The notes under the pieces are model-generated. The model did no database searches. It had not been told where the DNA came from and was given only the letters and a program-made list of their open reading frames with translations. Below are positions 1 through 10,447 of a stretch of 64,000 bases of DNA, one piece after another. Position numbers and translations under genes: made by a program. Source of the DNA: an uncultured cyanobacterium (lineage in GTDB: Bacteria; Cyanobacteriota; Cyanobacteriia; PCC-9006; JAAUQQ01); the NCBI GenBank assembly GCA_963718615.1, contig OY970368.1, positions 5,696,001 to 5,760,000 of the forward strand, given 5' to 3'. Positions within the stretch are counted from its first letter, which is position 1; each line of letters begins with the position of its first letter.

Positions 1-51
1 TGGGCACTCAGCCAAACCCCTAGTGTTTTGACACTACTGAAAGTCTAGGCC

Positions 52-1914
52 CTAAAACGGCGTGTAATCCACCGAGAAATAAATCCCGTTTTCCTGCCAA
101 TTGTCCTTGTCCGTATTCAAATCATTCAGCGGAAAACCCCAGTCCACCCGCGCGGTGAAATTATTCCCTTGCCGCCACAGTAAACCCAACCCCGTACCAA
201 TCAGCGTATTCTTTTCCGGCTGAGGGTTTTCGTTATTCCAGCCTCGGCCCATGTCAATAAACGGCGTCACCTGGAGCACACCATTGATGCTGGGAATCCG
301 GGCGATCGGCAATCGCACCTCTGTCGAGAACGTAAATCCATTGTCCGTCAGTAAAGCATCCTGGCGATAGCCGCGCACCGTTGCCTGACCCCCAAAGCCA
401 AATTGTTCCAGCGGCAACAACACCCGATCGGCTAACTGAATATCCCCCCGCACCAAGAGGATTTGATCCGGTCCAAGCAGCCGCAGCCATTGCCCCTGTC
501 CCCGCCAGGAAAAATATTCGCTATCGGGTCCCGTTTCATTCTTTGTTGCTTCAAACCAGTGGGTGCCGAGATTGAACTGGGAGCGGGCCGCGAGGACCTG
601 TTGACTGGAGCGATCGCTCCATTCCTGGAAAAACCGCAGCGAAGACACCTTCGTTTCCCCTTGGTCACTGGCTCCCGGTGACAGCGGGAATGGGCCAATA
701 TTTTGAAACCCCAGTTCCGTCTGGCTTTCCTGGCGAGAAAAGGTTAGACCCAGGGCAATATCCCGGCTGGCCGTCTGCTCCACCGGTTGCCGAAACGTCA
801 GTTCGTAATATTTAGAGTTGGCCCGAATATCCAGCACCGAGAAGGGGTCTTCGATGACATTGCTACGGGTTCGGCCATAGGCAAACCGCACCGTGCCGTT
901 GTAGGGATTGACTGGAACCGTATAGTTTACATCCAAACTATTACTGCCATCGGTGTTGCTATAGGCCAGGGAAAGACCATCGCCGATGCCAATGACGTTG
1001 GCGTGATCGAGCTGGATTTTGCGACGGAAGGTGCCGACACTGGGCGATCGCCCATTATCCAAAGACAGCGTCGTCTTAAAGGGATCGGCCTCCGTAATCG
1101 TCACCTCCAACAAACTGCTACCGGGCTTAATCCCCGCCTGGAGATCCGCTGAAATCGAACCAATCAGGGGATCCAATTGCAAAAGCTTTAGCCCTTCAAG
1201 CAATTGCTCCACATTCAGTGGCTTTGACCCGGCCACCGCCAGCCGACTGCTGACATAGCTCCGCTTGAGATGATTCGCCCCGTTAACATTGATACCCTCT
1301 AGTTGCCCTTCCAGCACCTGAATCGTGACAATGCCTTCCGTCAACGTTTGCGGTGGAATAAACGCCCCTGACGTCACGTAACCTTGGTCTACATAAAATT
1401 TCGTCACCGCCGACCGAGCCTGGAGCAACTGGCTAAAGGTGACCTCACCGATGTAGGGCGCTGTGACCGCAGCCAATTCTTCCGGGCTAAAAACTGTACT
1501 ACCTTTAACTTGATAACTTGTGACTTGAATTTTTGCTTCCGTGCTGCCTGTATCGTCGTTAGGCAGATTGGGTGAGCCGGTCGAGGGGAGTAAATCTTCC
1601 GCAGGGGGCAATTCTGGCAGCGGTTCTTCCGGCAGCGGCTCTTCCGGAATTGAATCGCGGGGTGTACTGGGCGCGAAGCTGGGTTGTTTTTGGTTTTCTG
1701 GCAATGTACCTGGAGGCTGTACTCCGGGTGACCCTTGAGCCACGATCAGAGACCCTAGCCAATTGCCTGAAAGCCGTGATGAGGCCTCTTCAATTCCCAA
1801 ATCACTTTCTAGAGGGGGGAGGAACTCATCGCCTTGGGATCGAGCGGGTGTGGCAACCGTGCTCAACAGCGCCAGGGCAATAAAGGATTGAGCCGCAATC
1901 GGGAAGTAACGCAT
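52..1914 (-). CDS. ShlB/FhaC/HecB family two-partner secretion outer-membrane transporter (TpsB)
   Basis: Signal peptide, Pro-rich linker, POTRA-like region (YVDQGYVTSGAFIPPQ), VRGY motif, C-terminal aromatic beta-strand (GIYFSVDYTPF). Confidence 0.9.
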   Translation of the reverse strand: MRYFPIAAQSFIALALLSTVATPARSQGDEFLPPLESDLGIEEASSRLSGNWLGSLIVAQGSPGVQPPGTLPENQKQPSFAPSTPRDSIPEEPLPEEPLPELPPAEDLLPSTGSPNLPNDDTGSTEAKIQVTSYQVKGSTVFSPEELAAVTAPYIGEVTFSQLLQARSAVTKFYVDQGYVTSGAFIPPQTLTEGIVTIQVLEGQLEGINVNGANHLKRSYVSSRLAVAGSKPLNVEQLLEGLKLLQLDPLIGSISADLQAGIKPGSSLLEVTITEADPFKTTLSLDNGRSPSVGTFRRKIQLDHANVIGIGDGLSLAYSNTDGSNSLDVNYTVPVNPYNGTVRFAYGRTRSNVIEDPFSVLDIRANSKYYELTFRQPVEQTASRDIALGLTFSRQESQTELGFQNIGPFPLSPGASDQGETKVSSLRFFQEWSDRSSQQVLAARSQFNLGTHWFEATKNETGPDSEYFSWRGQGQWLRLLGPDQILLVRGDIQLADRVLLPLEQFGFGGQATVRGYRQDALLTDNGFTFSTEVRLPIARIPSINGVLQVTPFIDMGRGWNNENPQPEKNTLIGTGLGLLWRQGNNFTARVDWGFPLNDLNTDKDNWQENGIYFSVDYTPF

Positions 1915-2125
1915 CGCAGATGGTCAGGGGCTAAGGGTTAGATTGTGATTCTAGGCCCAAGAAACGAGCCTTCCGTATTCTCTGTGTCGATAGACGTATC
2001 GATAGGCACTCATCATAGAATACCCATCTTGCAAAGAATAATGGTAAGGCTGGGCGATCGCAATCAAGCTCCCGCCATTATTTGACCGACTGTCAATTGA
2101 CCCAAGGGATGATCCTGGGCAACCC

Positions 2126-3196
2126 CTAGGGAAAAAAGCGGTTCATGGCGTTCTGGATCCGCTCAAATTTGAGGATGGGAGCGAATCGCTGCGGTGCAAT
2201 GGCATACAGGGGGCTCAGGGCATGGCCCAAAAACAAAAAAGTCTGAAACCTCGCGATGGGGGCTAGCGATTCCGCTCCTTGATGCTGTTGCTGTTTTAGA
2301 GCCTGAACCAAGCGGCGCAGGCCACCCCCAAATGTTTTTAGCCCAATCCAGGGTTTGTGGATAGATTTGGCTTGGATCCAGCGCATTTTGCAAGTGGAGA
2401 GACCAATACCGTAGGCCAGTTTGAGCAAATATTCCAGTTCTAAGCGCTGGCGAGGGATCCAATGCCGTAAACGCATGGCGGGGTTATAGCCGATGGCCCA
2501 GCCCCGCTGATCCAAATACAGCAAAGCCGCATAGTCCTCGCCACAGGTCATCAGGCCATCAACCCGTCCGACCAATCCTAAATCCTCGGGCACACAGTCG
2601 AGCCAGCGCTGGCGATGAACCACTAAACCGGCCCCAGGGGGTAACCGCAATTGTGCTGGAACAAAGGGGCGAAGATTGTCTCCGTGGTCGCGAATGGCCA
2701 GAAAGGGTTCGATCGCCCGAAATTCCTTCGGAGGGGAAATTTCATAGGCTGCCTCAATACACCCACTAAATGCGCCCCAGTCGGGATGGGCTTGGGCAAA
2801 GTCATGGGCCATGGCTACCCAGTTGGGCTCTAGCCAGTTGTCATCATCCACGAAGGCCACCCATTCCCCTTGGGCTTGGGCGATCGCCTGCTGTCGGGCA
2901 AACGCCAATCCCTGGCGAGGCTCAAAACAATAGCGCAGCGACACCTGGGATAAGCATCCCGTCGACGGCCAATCCTGCTGCCACTGTTCCACCATTGCGC
3001 GGGTCTGGTCTTGGCTATTATTATCAACCACCAAAATTTCCCAACGAATCTCCTGGATGTCGTCCTGGGCTTGCAAATGGGCGAGGACTTGAGGGAGGCG
3101 ATCGCCCCCATTAAACGTGGGAATGGCCAAGGTCAAATGCAGCGGAGCCGAGTCCACGGCTTGAGGCATAGACTCGACGGGCAAGGTAAGGGTCAT
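2126..3196 (-). CDS. GT2 glycosyltransferase, HpsE-like (hormogonium/motility polysaccharide)
   Basis: LAIPTFNG...VVDNNS...AFVDDD GT2 motifs; LPPGAGL and GED motifs; tandem paralogue of the next gene. Confidence 0.85.
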   Translation of the reverse strand: MTLTLPVESMPQAVDSAPLHLTLAIPTFNGGDRLPQVLAHLQAQDDIQEIRWEILVVDNNSQDQTRAMVEQWQQDWPSTGCLSQVSLRYCFEPRQGLAFARQQAIAQAQGEWVAFVDDDNWLEPNWVAMAHDFAQAHPDWGAFSGCIEAAYEISPPKEFRAIEPFLAIRDHGDNLRPFVPAQLRLPPGAGLVVHRQRWLDCVPEDLGLVGRVDGLMTCGEDYAALLYLDQRGWAIGYNPAMRLRHWIPRQRLELEYLLKLAYGIGLSTCKMRWIQAKSIHKPWIGLKTFGGGLRRLVQALKQQQHQGAESLAPIARFQTFLFLGHALSPLYAIAPQRFAPILKFERIQNAMNRFFP

Positions 3197-3214
3197 GGTC
3201 CAAACGGGAGACGA

Positions 3215-4333
3215 TTAGAGGATAAACGCGGATTCGGAGACGGAAAGGGATTCAGTGCCCTCGGCAGATGCTTCGCTCAATGGATGGGTCGCTGAACGAG
3301 TAGCTGAATTGGCAGATGGATTGGCAGATGATTGGGGAGCCCGCACCGGTTTCACCCAGCTTTGTTTGAACACATAGAAAGGACTACGCAAGGAAGCCAA
3401 ACCCAGGGTCAATTGGCAACGGGCCACCAGATTCTGCCGTAACTGAAAGCCATGGGTCAGCCCCAAAACGCAGACCTTGCGCAGATCATTGAGGAGATAC
3501 AGCCAAAAAGCCAGGGGACGCAGCCAGACCGGCAAACTCTGCATGCGGGTGACATGACGGCTCAAGCCAATGCCGCGAAAAAAGGGAATTAAATACTCAG
3601 GCTCAAGACGCCATCGGGGAATTTTGTGCCATACCCGCATTTGGGGGTTGTACCAAATCTCCCAGCCCGCCCGCTGGATATAGGTCAGTGCCTCTGTGTC
3701 TTCGCCTGTGACCATGCTTTGAATGGTTCGTCCGCCAAGCAAGCAGTCCTGGGGAATGTAAAACTCCCAAGCGGTGCGCCTCACCACCAAACCTGCGGAG
3801 GGAGGTAAGACTTTTTTCAAGGATTGATATTGCAAGGGCTGATCGCCCCGCTGGACGATCGCCAAAAACGGCAAGATCGGTGCTAACTCGGGCGCAGGTT
3901 CTACTTCAAACTCGCCCTGAATACAGCTACCAAAGGCACCCGCCCGAGGATGGGCTTGAGCAAAGGCATGGGCTGCGATAACCCAGTCCTGGGCGGGCAA
4001 GTTATCGTCATCTAAAAAACCAATCAAATCGGACTGGGCGTTTGCGACCCCGGTCTTCCGGGCATAGGCCGCGCCCTGACGACGATCAAACAGATATCGC
4101 AAGGGCAATCCGTTGGACCACGCTGCCTGATAGGACTTCACAACATCCACCGTATGGTCGGTACTGTTGTTATCCACCACAAGAACCTCCCAGCGCAGGA
4201 GCGGTTGACCTTGGCTCTCGGCTTGTTGCTGACCATAGTGCCAGCAGTCATCTAGGCGATCGAGTACCTCTGGCAAACGCGCTGCACCATTGTAGGTACA
4301 TATCACAATCGACAGGTCAAAAGGCTGGGCCAT
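3215..4333 (-). CDS. GT2 glycosyltransferase, HpsE-like
   Basis: IVICTYNG, VVDNNSTD, GFLDDD, LPPSAGL, GED motifs. Confidence 0.85.
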   Translation of the reverse strand: MAQPFDLSIVICTYNGAARLPEVLDRLDDCWHYGQQQAESQGQPLLRWEVLVVDNNSTDHTVDVVKSYQAAWSNGLPLRYLFDRRQGAAYARKTGVANAQSDLIGFLDDDNLPAQDWVIAAHAFAQAHPRAGAFGSCIQGEFEVEPAPELAPILPFLAIVQRGDQPLQYQSLKKVLPPSAGLVVRRTAWEFYIPQDCLLGGRTIQSMVTGEDTEALTYIQRAGWEIWYNPQMRVWHKIPRWRLEPEYLIPFFRGIGLSRHVTRMQSLPVWLRPLAFWLYLLNDLRKVCVLGLTHGFQLRQNLVARCQLTLGLASLRSPFYVFKQSWVKPVRAPQSSANPSANSATRSATHPLSEASAEGTESLSVSESAFIL

Positions 4334-4462
4334 GGCAATACGTGAAACGCGGCAGGGACTCAGACCATTGAGTCTTAATATCTATGATGGCCGAGTTATG
4401 GGCGATCGCCGCCGGTAAATGTCGCCATTTTTAGCCTTTTGCTCCCGCTGAGTTGGTTACTT

Positions 4463-4687
4463 TTACGGCGTTTGTTGAAGATCCGGTTTTTCTTCAGGCA
4501 AGATTGCTCCTGCCACCGGGCAAACCTGCAAACAAATTCCGCAATCGATACAAGTCGAAAAATCGATCCAGTACCAATCTGTCCCTTTACTATTTTTTCC
4601 AGGACCTTCGTGAATACAAGCCACGGGACAAGCGTCCACGCAGTCCGCGACGCCTTCACAAACGTTCGTCACAATCGTATGGGCCAC
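4463..4687 (-). CDS. Bacterial-type dicluster (3Fe-4S/4Fe-4S) ferredoxin
   Basis: CEGVADCVDACP and CIDCGICLQVCP Cys motifs. Confidence 0.9.
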   Translation of the reverse strand: MAHTIVTNVCEGVADCVDACPVACIHEGPGKNSKGTDWYWIDFSTCIDCGICLQVCPVAGAILPEEKPDLQQTP

Positions 4688-4699
4688 AACAATTCTCTC

Positions 4700-5962
4700 C
4701 TAATCTGCAAAGGTTTCTAAATCGGGCAATTGGCCGGCCCGGATCCAGGCGATGTGATGAATGTGGCGAGACTGGGCATAGCGACGCACGCCCTCAGAAT
4801 CCACTGAGTCTTCCAAATACAGCTCCACCCGAACCAGTTCCGGCGCAGTTTTCAGCGTATTGGCATACTGGATTGCCGCACCATAGGCCGCTGGTTCTAG
4901 GGGGACCACAAGCCAGTCAGGGGTCGCCGCTGCATTGGGCAACAAACCTGAGGCTTGTAGTGCCTGCTGTAAGTTTTCGATTTCTAAACAAAAGCCAATC
5001 CCTGGCGCGTTCAAACCCCGAGGGTCATACAGACTCAGCAACTGATCGTACCGCCCCCCTTGGCCGACTCGCCAAGTCCCAGAAGGGGTCCGGCAAACGG
5101 CTTCAAAGACAATCCCGGTGTAGTAATCAAAGGTTTGAATCAGGCTCAGATCTAAGATCAGCTCCGGGGACTGAGGTGGAGGGGACACTCCCTTAGGGGA
5201 TGGGCTCGCAAAGCTATCCTGAAGCAACTGAGTGAGGGTCGAGAGCCGCTCCACAATATTCTTTTGGGCAGAGGTCAAGGGCAACTGCCCCAGGCGCTGA
5301 AGGACGGTTTTAGGCTCTCCTCGCAAATCGAGTAGGGTTAGGGCGATCGCCCGCAATTCTGGGGAAAGGTCGAGGGATTCTAGGGTGATGCGATCGAGAT
5401 GGGCGATCGCCCGCAAAACCTGGGGCCGCAGTTTCTCTGGAAAAGGCTCCAGCAAAGAACGGGTTAACCCTGCCTCACCCAACAAGATTGAGCAAATTGA
5501 ACCGCTCCCTCCTACCGTAGGCTGAGATAACCCCAGCCGTTCCAAACAATCCCGTAACAGCAAAATCGCCTCGGCATCGGCCAGCATTGTCCCAGCCCCG
5601 AGCAGTTCAACCCCAGCCTGATAAATTTCCTGTTGATGCGCCTTGCGAAAAACATTCGCCAGATAAAACAGTCGCAACGGCCTGGGGGCCAAGGCCAATC
5701 GGGTGACCGCAGCCCGAGCAATGGACGCCGTCAGCTCCGGTCGCAGGCCGAGTTCACCATTCTCCGCTTGAACCTGTAAAACTGTAGAGCGATCGATCGC
5801 GCCGCCCGCCATCAGGGTATCCAAGCGCTCTAGGGTTGAGGTAATCAGTTGATGATAGCCCCAACGCTGGAACACCTCCTGTAGACAAGTTTCGAGCCAA
5901 CGTTGCTGAGTAACTTCTAAAGGTAATAAATCACGCGCCCCTGGGGGTGGCTGATAAACCAT
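4700..5962 (-). CDS. hisZ: ATP phosphoribosyltransferase regulatory subunit
   Basis: HisRS-like motifs (GARDLLP, LRPELTASIAR, YQAGVEL, YYTG, GGRYD). Confidence 0.9.
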   Translation of the reverse strand: MVYQPPPGARDLLPLEVTQQRWLETCLQEVFQRWGYHQLITSTLERLDTLMAGGAIDRSTVLQVQAENGELGLRPELTASIARAAVTRLALAPRPLRLFYLANVFRKAHQQEIYQAGVELLGAGTMLADAEAILLLRDCLERLGLSQPTVGGSGSICSILLGEAGLTRSLLEPFPEKLRPQVLRAIAHLDRITLESLDLSPELRAIALTLLDLRGEPKTVLQRLGQLPLTSAQKNIVERLSTLTQLLQDSFASPSPKGVSPPPQSPELILDLSLIQTFDYYTGIVFEAVCRTPSGTWRVGQGGRYDQLLSLYDPRGLNAPGIGFCLEIENLQQALQASGLLPNAAATPDWLVVPLEPAAYGAAIQYANTLKTAPELVRVELYLEDSVDSEGVRRYAQSRHIHHIAWIRAGQLPDLETFAD

Positions 5963-5964
5963 GA

Positions 5965-6996
5965 CTACTTTTTCTTACCGCCAAATAAACCACCAAACAG
6001 GCCTCCTTTCTTCGCTGTGTTCTCCTTCTGGCCTGCCGCGTTAGCATTGGCGGACGATGGGGGTTGGGAAGTCGAGGCACTGGAACCGGAAGAACCTCCA
6101 TCAATTTTATGCCCCAGCTTCTCCAAGTGACGCTTTGCTTCTAAGCCTCGGGGATCTTCAGGATTCAGCTCAAGGGCGCGCTTAATGGAAACCTTCGCCA
6201 TGGTGGCTTGTTTTTGGTGAAGATAGACAATGCCCATGAGGCTATGGCACCGGCTATCCTTCGGATCGGCCCGTAAGCCATCGCGTAACTCCAGGATCGC
6301 CTGGGAATAGGCCCGCTTACGCACATATTCTTCCGCACGACGCAAATAGCCATCGGCCAAGGAAATCCGCTGGGCCTGGGTTTGGAGAACCGTTACAGGA
6401 CTTGCCCCAGTGGGTTCCGTCATGGGCCTGCCAGCGGTAGGGGTAGGCCGAGCCCCCCCCATAGGGTTCGCTGGAGTAGATGGAGCCGTCGTCGGCTTGG
6501 CAGCAGGCATGGGATTGCCCCCTTTCCGCATCATATAGACCAAATTGAGCTCGCTCAGCTTACCGATAACCGCTCCGAGGGTATCTAGGTTGTCATACTG
6601 GCTTGCACCCAGTGCATTGACGAGCTGCTGATATTCGTGGTCAATATTACTGGTCTTGGCTAGTTTCTGGGCTTCTTCCGAAAACTGACTGATACCAACC
6701 TTTTGCTGAACCGCCTGTTGTCCTTTTAGGCGCACTAAGACCTGATATTCCTTGCGATTTTTCTCCTGAAATATCATTTCGTAAGCTGGATTCACCCATT
6801 TAGAGAGGATCTGCGTCGCTAGCTGCTTGTGGGAATCGCTTTGATTTGCCAAACTGTCGGGGTGCAGTTTTCGAGCAATTTTGAGATAGCGCTTGCGAAC
6901 CGCCTGTGCCTCAGCATTCACTGGAACCCCCAGCACAGCATGGTGGTCAATGAAGTTATCGAGGGTGAATAGACCCGTTGTAATCTCGAAAGACAT
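5965..6996 (-). CDS. J-domain protein with C-terminal TPR
   Basis: LHPD J-domain motif; TPR-like helices (DSRCHSLMGIVYL...ALELNP). Confidence 0.85.
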   Translation of the reverse strand: MSFEITTGLFTLDNFIDHHAVLGVPVNAEAQAVRKRYLKIARKLHPDSLANQSDSHKQLATQILSKWVNPAYEMIFQEKNRKEYQVLVRLKGQQAVQQKVGISQFSEEAQKLAKTSNIDHEYQQLVNALGASQYDNLDTLGAVIGKLSELNLVYMMRKGGNPMPAAKPTTAPSTPANPMGGARPTPTAGRPMTEPTGASPVTVLQTQAQRISLADGYLRRAEEYVRKRAYSQAILELRDGLRADPKDSRCHSLMGIVYLHQKQATMAKVSIKRALELNPEDPRGLEAKRHLEKLGHKIDGGSSGSSASTSQPPSSANANAAGQKENTAKKGGLFGGLFGGKKK

Positions 6997-7211
6997 TGCT
7001 TGCCCTTGCTAAGTCTGGGATGAATCGGATTAGCCCTAAGATTGAAACCCTGATGGCTCAGTACAGTCAGTACAGATCAATAACAAATCAGTAAAGGTGA
7101 GAGAACTTCGGCAAGAGAGACCGGTCGCTTAGCTGTGTCTAATGGCTGGCGCAAACGCTCTGAGTTGCCCTAAAACCTCAAAGGAGGATTCAAAGTCCTT
7201 GGTTGTAGGCC

Positions 7212-7258
7212 CCTAGTCTTAGAAACCTAGTTTTAGATACCTAGTCTTAGATACCTAA
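7212..7258. repeat. ~14-bp tandem repeat (CCTAGT[C/T]TTAGA[A/T]A) x3
   Basis: Seen directly in intergenic DNA. Confidence 0.7.
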
Positions 7259-7381
7259 GAGCTTAACGCTTAATATTTTGTCACTTCAATAGGGCTGTCA
7301 TGAATGTATGTGATGAATTGTAGAAGATGATCTGCCTCGATGGAGGTGTCAAAGCCCTCACCCCCCTTGCTATAAGGATCT

Positions 7382-8215
7382 CTAGGGCAAACGATACTGA
7401 TCCGGATTTCCTAGGGAACGAGTGTTTTCTAGGACGGTACTCAGGGCTGGATGAAGGATGCCATTGGTTGCCAGAATTCTGCCGGAGGCTAGGTCAAACG
7501 GGGCTCCATCATAGGCAGTCACCCGTCCTCCCGCCTCTTCAACTAGCACGACCCCTGCGGCCAAATCCCAGGGCGACAATCCCCGCTCCCAATATCCATC
7601 TAAGCGACCACAGGCCACAAAGGCTAGATCGAGGGCTGCGGAACCGCCCCGACGGACCCCTTGGGTGAGGTGGGTGAGGCGACAAAATTCGGCGTAGTTG
7701 TTGTCATCGCGATCGCGTCGGTCATAGGCAAATCCCGTGACTAAAAGGCTTTTATCTAAGGTTTCTGTGGTGGAAACCTGAATCGGTTGACGGTTGCGCC
7801 TTGCCCCTAGGCCGGTTGCGGCTTGGTAAAGCTCATTGAGATAGGGGGCAAAAATCGCCCCTACCGCTGGTTTTCCTTCGATCAAGAGGCCGACCGAGAC
7901 GGCGTAGAAGGGATATTGATGGGCATAGTTGGTGGTGCCATCTAAGGGGTCAATCGCCCAGAGATACTGGCTTTCGCGACCGGCGATCGAGCCTGATTCT
8001 TCTGCCAAAATGGGATGGTCTGGCACATGGCGCGCTAGCACCTTGAGGACAGCGGCTTCGGCGGCCCGATCGGCATTGGTGACGAGATCGCCCGATCGCC
8101 CTTTTTCTTCAATGGTTTCCAGATTGCCCCAAAACTGCTGGAGGACAGCCCCGGCTGACAGGGCTGCCTCTGTGGCGATATCTAAAAATATTTGCAGTTG
8201 TTGGGGATGAGTCAT
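7382..8215 (-). CDS. Inositol monophosphatase family protein (SuhB-like)
   Basis: AEE, WAIDPLDGTTNY and PWDLAAG motifs; start set at MTHPQ. Confidence 0.92.
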   Translation of the reverse strand: MTHPQQLQIFLDIATEAALSAGAVLQQFWGNLETIEEKGRSGDLVTNADRAAEAAVLKVLARHVPDHPILAEESGSIAGRESQYLWAIDPLDGTTNYAHQYPFYAVSVGLLIEGKPAVGAIFAPYLNELYQAATGLGARRNRQPIQVSTTETLDKSLLVTGFAYDRRDRDDNNYAEFCRLTHLTQGVRRGGSAALDLAFVACGRLDGYWERGLSPWDLAAGVVLVEEAGGRVTAYDGAPFDLASGRILATNGILHPALSTVLENTRSLGNPDQYRLP

Positions 8216-8279
8216 AGGCCCAGATTTTACAGTACCCGCTCCCGGTGTTTTGCCAGCCACATTGCTGAATTGCAAGTCC

Positions 8280-8858
8280 CTAGAGGGTCTCACGAAATTC
8301 CGTGGGGGTTTGGCGCAGGGGATTGGCGGGATTCCAGATGCCCAAACCGCTGAGCCGAGCGGTTTCTTGGGCGCGCTTCAGCCGTTCGTCATAGCGAATA
8401 TTGGGCAAACGCGGAGCGGCCAGGGCGTAGCCCTGCGCCACTAAGGCTTGATTCAGCAAGCGATCGCCCTGCCACACATAGGCCAGCAGACGCTTGTAAC
8501 TGTCCTGCGGCTGCAAATCAAACTCTAGCTGGATTTGTCCCTCATCGACCAGGGCCTGCAATCGGTTTAGGGCCTCTTCTCCCCAGGGTTTTTGCTTGGG
8601 ATTAGGGGCATCAATACCCAACAGGCGCACGGACTGCTGACTAACCGGATCAAGGGTGGGAATGGTAACGCTGAGGGTATGGCCACTCATAACCCGTTGC
8701 ACGGTGGCATTCACCCGCTGAACGGGAGGTTGGGAGGGGCCGCAGCTACTCAAAAGCATGACCAGCAGTGGCATCAGGCCCCAGTGCAGCAGCCATCGAC
8801 TTGACCCTTGTCTGGCCCATCGACTCAGCCCTTGTCCGGTTCCCTGGCCCCTACTCAT
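8280..8858 (-). CDS. Thermonuclease (SNase-like) family lipoprotein
   Basis: LSSC lipobox; VRLLGIDAP, DSYKRLLAYVW, GLGIW. Confidence 0.85.
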   Translation of the reverse strand: MSRGQGTGQGLSRWARQGSSRWLLHWGLMPLLVMLLSSCGPSQPPVQRVNATVQRVMSGHTLSVTIPTLDPVSQQSVRLLGIDAPNPKQKPWGEEALNRLQALVDEGQIQLEFDLQPQDSYKRLLAYVWQGDRLLNQALVAQGYALAAPRLPNIRYDERLKRAQETARLSGLGIWNPANPLRQTPTEFRETL

Positions 8859-9219
8859 CGTCCAAGGGGAGCCCCATCCGCACCTTGCCGCGACCAAAGT
8901 AGCGCCCGAACTGGAGTTCATAGACTTCGTCTTCATCCTGGGTTTCCACCTCTAGGTCCGAGCGGGGATAGCTGACGCAGAGCAACGCATAGCCCTGGCG
9001 ACGCAGATGGGGTGATAGGCCCATGGCTTCGGGCTGGTAGATTTCGCCGGTTTTGATCCGAACTGCGCAGGTGGTGCAGGCTCCATTGCGGCAAGAGAAG
9101 GGTAAATCGATGCCTTGGCTCTCGGCACTGTGGAGGATGTAGCGATCTTCCGGTACTCGGACGACGTAGTCTACGCCCCGTTGGCGATCGCGAATGCGAA
9201 CCGTATGAACTGGAGTCAT
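8851..9219 (-). CDS. 2Fe-2S ferredoxin, Fed2/FdC2 type with C-terminal extension
   Basis: SCRNGACTTC, LLCVSYP, ETQDEDEVYELQFG tail. Confidence 0.9.
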   Translation of the reverse strand: MTPVHTVRIRDRQRGVDYVVRVPEDRYILHSAESQGIDLPFSCRNGACTTCAVRIKTGEIYQPEAMGLSPHLRRQGYALLCVSYPRSDLEVETQDEDEVYELQFGRYFGRGKVRMGLPLDDE

Positions 9220-9269
9220 AACAAGCAATCTTAAAATAACGGCTAAAAACAAGTCCTAAAAAATAGGGC

Positions 9270-10136
9270 TTAAAACAACCTTAGCTGGTTAGGCGCTGCG
9301 GCGAGCTGATTCCAGGGAAGCGGGGGAACTTCGATCCCCTGGTGTTGGCCTTGCGCTGCGAGCAATGCCTGAAACTGACGGGCGGTGCTGGGCGATCGCG
9401 CCTCCACCGGGCAATGGACAAAAAAATAAACCCTGGTCCCTTGCTTGAGCCAGCGGGCCACCCGCTGCGCCCACTCGAAGGCATAGGCCGAGTTCCGCTC
9501 CGCTTCCGGATGGGTAATCCAGCGGACCAATGTCCAATCCGTTGTCAGTTGGGGCTGCAGGGGCAAGTTTGGCTTTTTGCGCTGGGATGTGGCCTGGGGA
9601 TCGTCGGGACCGTCATAAAGGGCGCGGGTATCGAGCAAAACGCGAGCCATGCCGTGGGTGTTTAGCAGTGTCTGGAGCCATTGCTGGGGTTGGGGCTTGA
9701 ACCAGTCGGGATGACGCACTTCCACCGCCAGGGCCACCACTGGCGGCCAGCCTGCGAGAAACTGGCTGAGATCCTCCCGTTGATCGGGACCATACCAGGG
9801 CGGAAGCTGCATGAATACCGGTCCTAGCCGAGGTCCCAGGGGCTGCATCAGCGTCAGAAACCCGAGGGCCGCTGGTAGCGCCGGAGCCAAGAGTCCGCCA
9901 TGGCTAATCTCGCGCGGCAGCTTGAGGCAAAACTGAAACGTTTCCGGGGTTGCCGCTGCCCAACGCTGCACCATGGCCGCTCCCGGCACGGAATAAAACG
10001 TGGTATTGCCTTCTACCGCCGTGAGGCGATCGCCATAGAGCCGCAGAAAATCGCTCGATCGGCTACCCGTGGGATAAAAATCGCCCACCCAGGGCCGATA
10101 GGCCCAAACCGCACAACCCAGAAAGAACCCAGACAT
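9270..10136 (-). CDS. DUF72 family protein
   Basis: GCAVWAY, VEGNTTFY, KLPREISH, QLPP, VEVRH. Confidence 0.88.
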   Translation of the reverse strand: MSGFFLGCAVWAYRPWVGDFYPTGSRSSDFLRLYGDRLTAVEGNTTFYSVPGAAMVQRWAAATPETFQFCLKLPREISHGGLLAPALPAALGFLTLMQPLGPRLGPVFMQLPPWYGPDQREDLSQFLAGWPPVVALAVEVRHPDWFKPQPQQWLQTLLNTHGMARVLLDTRALYDGPDDPQATSQRKKPNLPLQPQLTTDWTLVRWITHPEAERNSAYAFEWAQRVARWLKQGTRVYFFVHCPVEARSPSTARQFQALLAAQGQHQGIEVPPLPWNQLAAAPNQLRLF

Positions 10137-10141
10137 CACCC

Positions 10142-10390
10142 CTAGCTTCCCTTGCCGGGCGGTTCCGAGCGGAAGTAATCGGCGCTCCCCACCTGACCAA
10201 TGGCCTCGCGATCGCGGTTGATACATTCGGGTTTATTGACAAATTGGCAAACCCGAGCCCAGAGTTTGGCTCGGGTCCCAGCGGGTCCCATGGAGAAGAT
10301 GACGCGATCGCCACCGATCATGGGAATAATTTTGACCCCGCAGAGCGGGCAGACTTGTTCAGATGGTTCAGGGGACATTGGTTCAGACAT
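10142..10390 (-). CDS. Small Cys-containing hypothetical protein
   Basis: CPLC...RVCQF...CIN; fills the gap in a co-oriented gene run. Confidence 0.7.
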   Translation of the reverse strand: MSEPMSPEPSEQVCPLCGVKIIPMIGGDRVIFSMGPAGTRAKLWARVCQFVNKPECINRDREAIGQVGSADYFRSEPPGKGS

Positions 10391-10447
10391 CAGCTTTTGA
10401 ATCTCCTTATGAATCTTCAGAGGTTGACGAAATCACGACTCAATCCC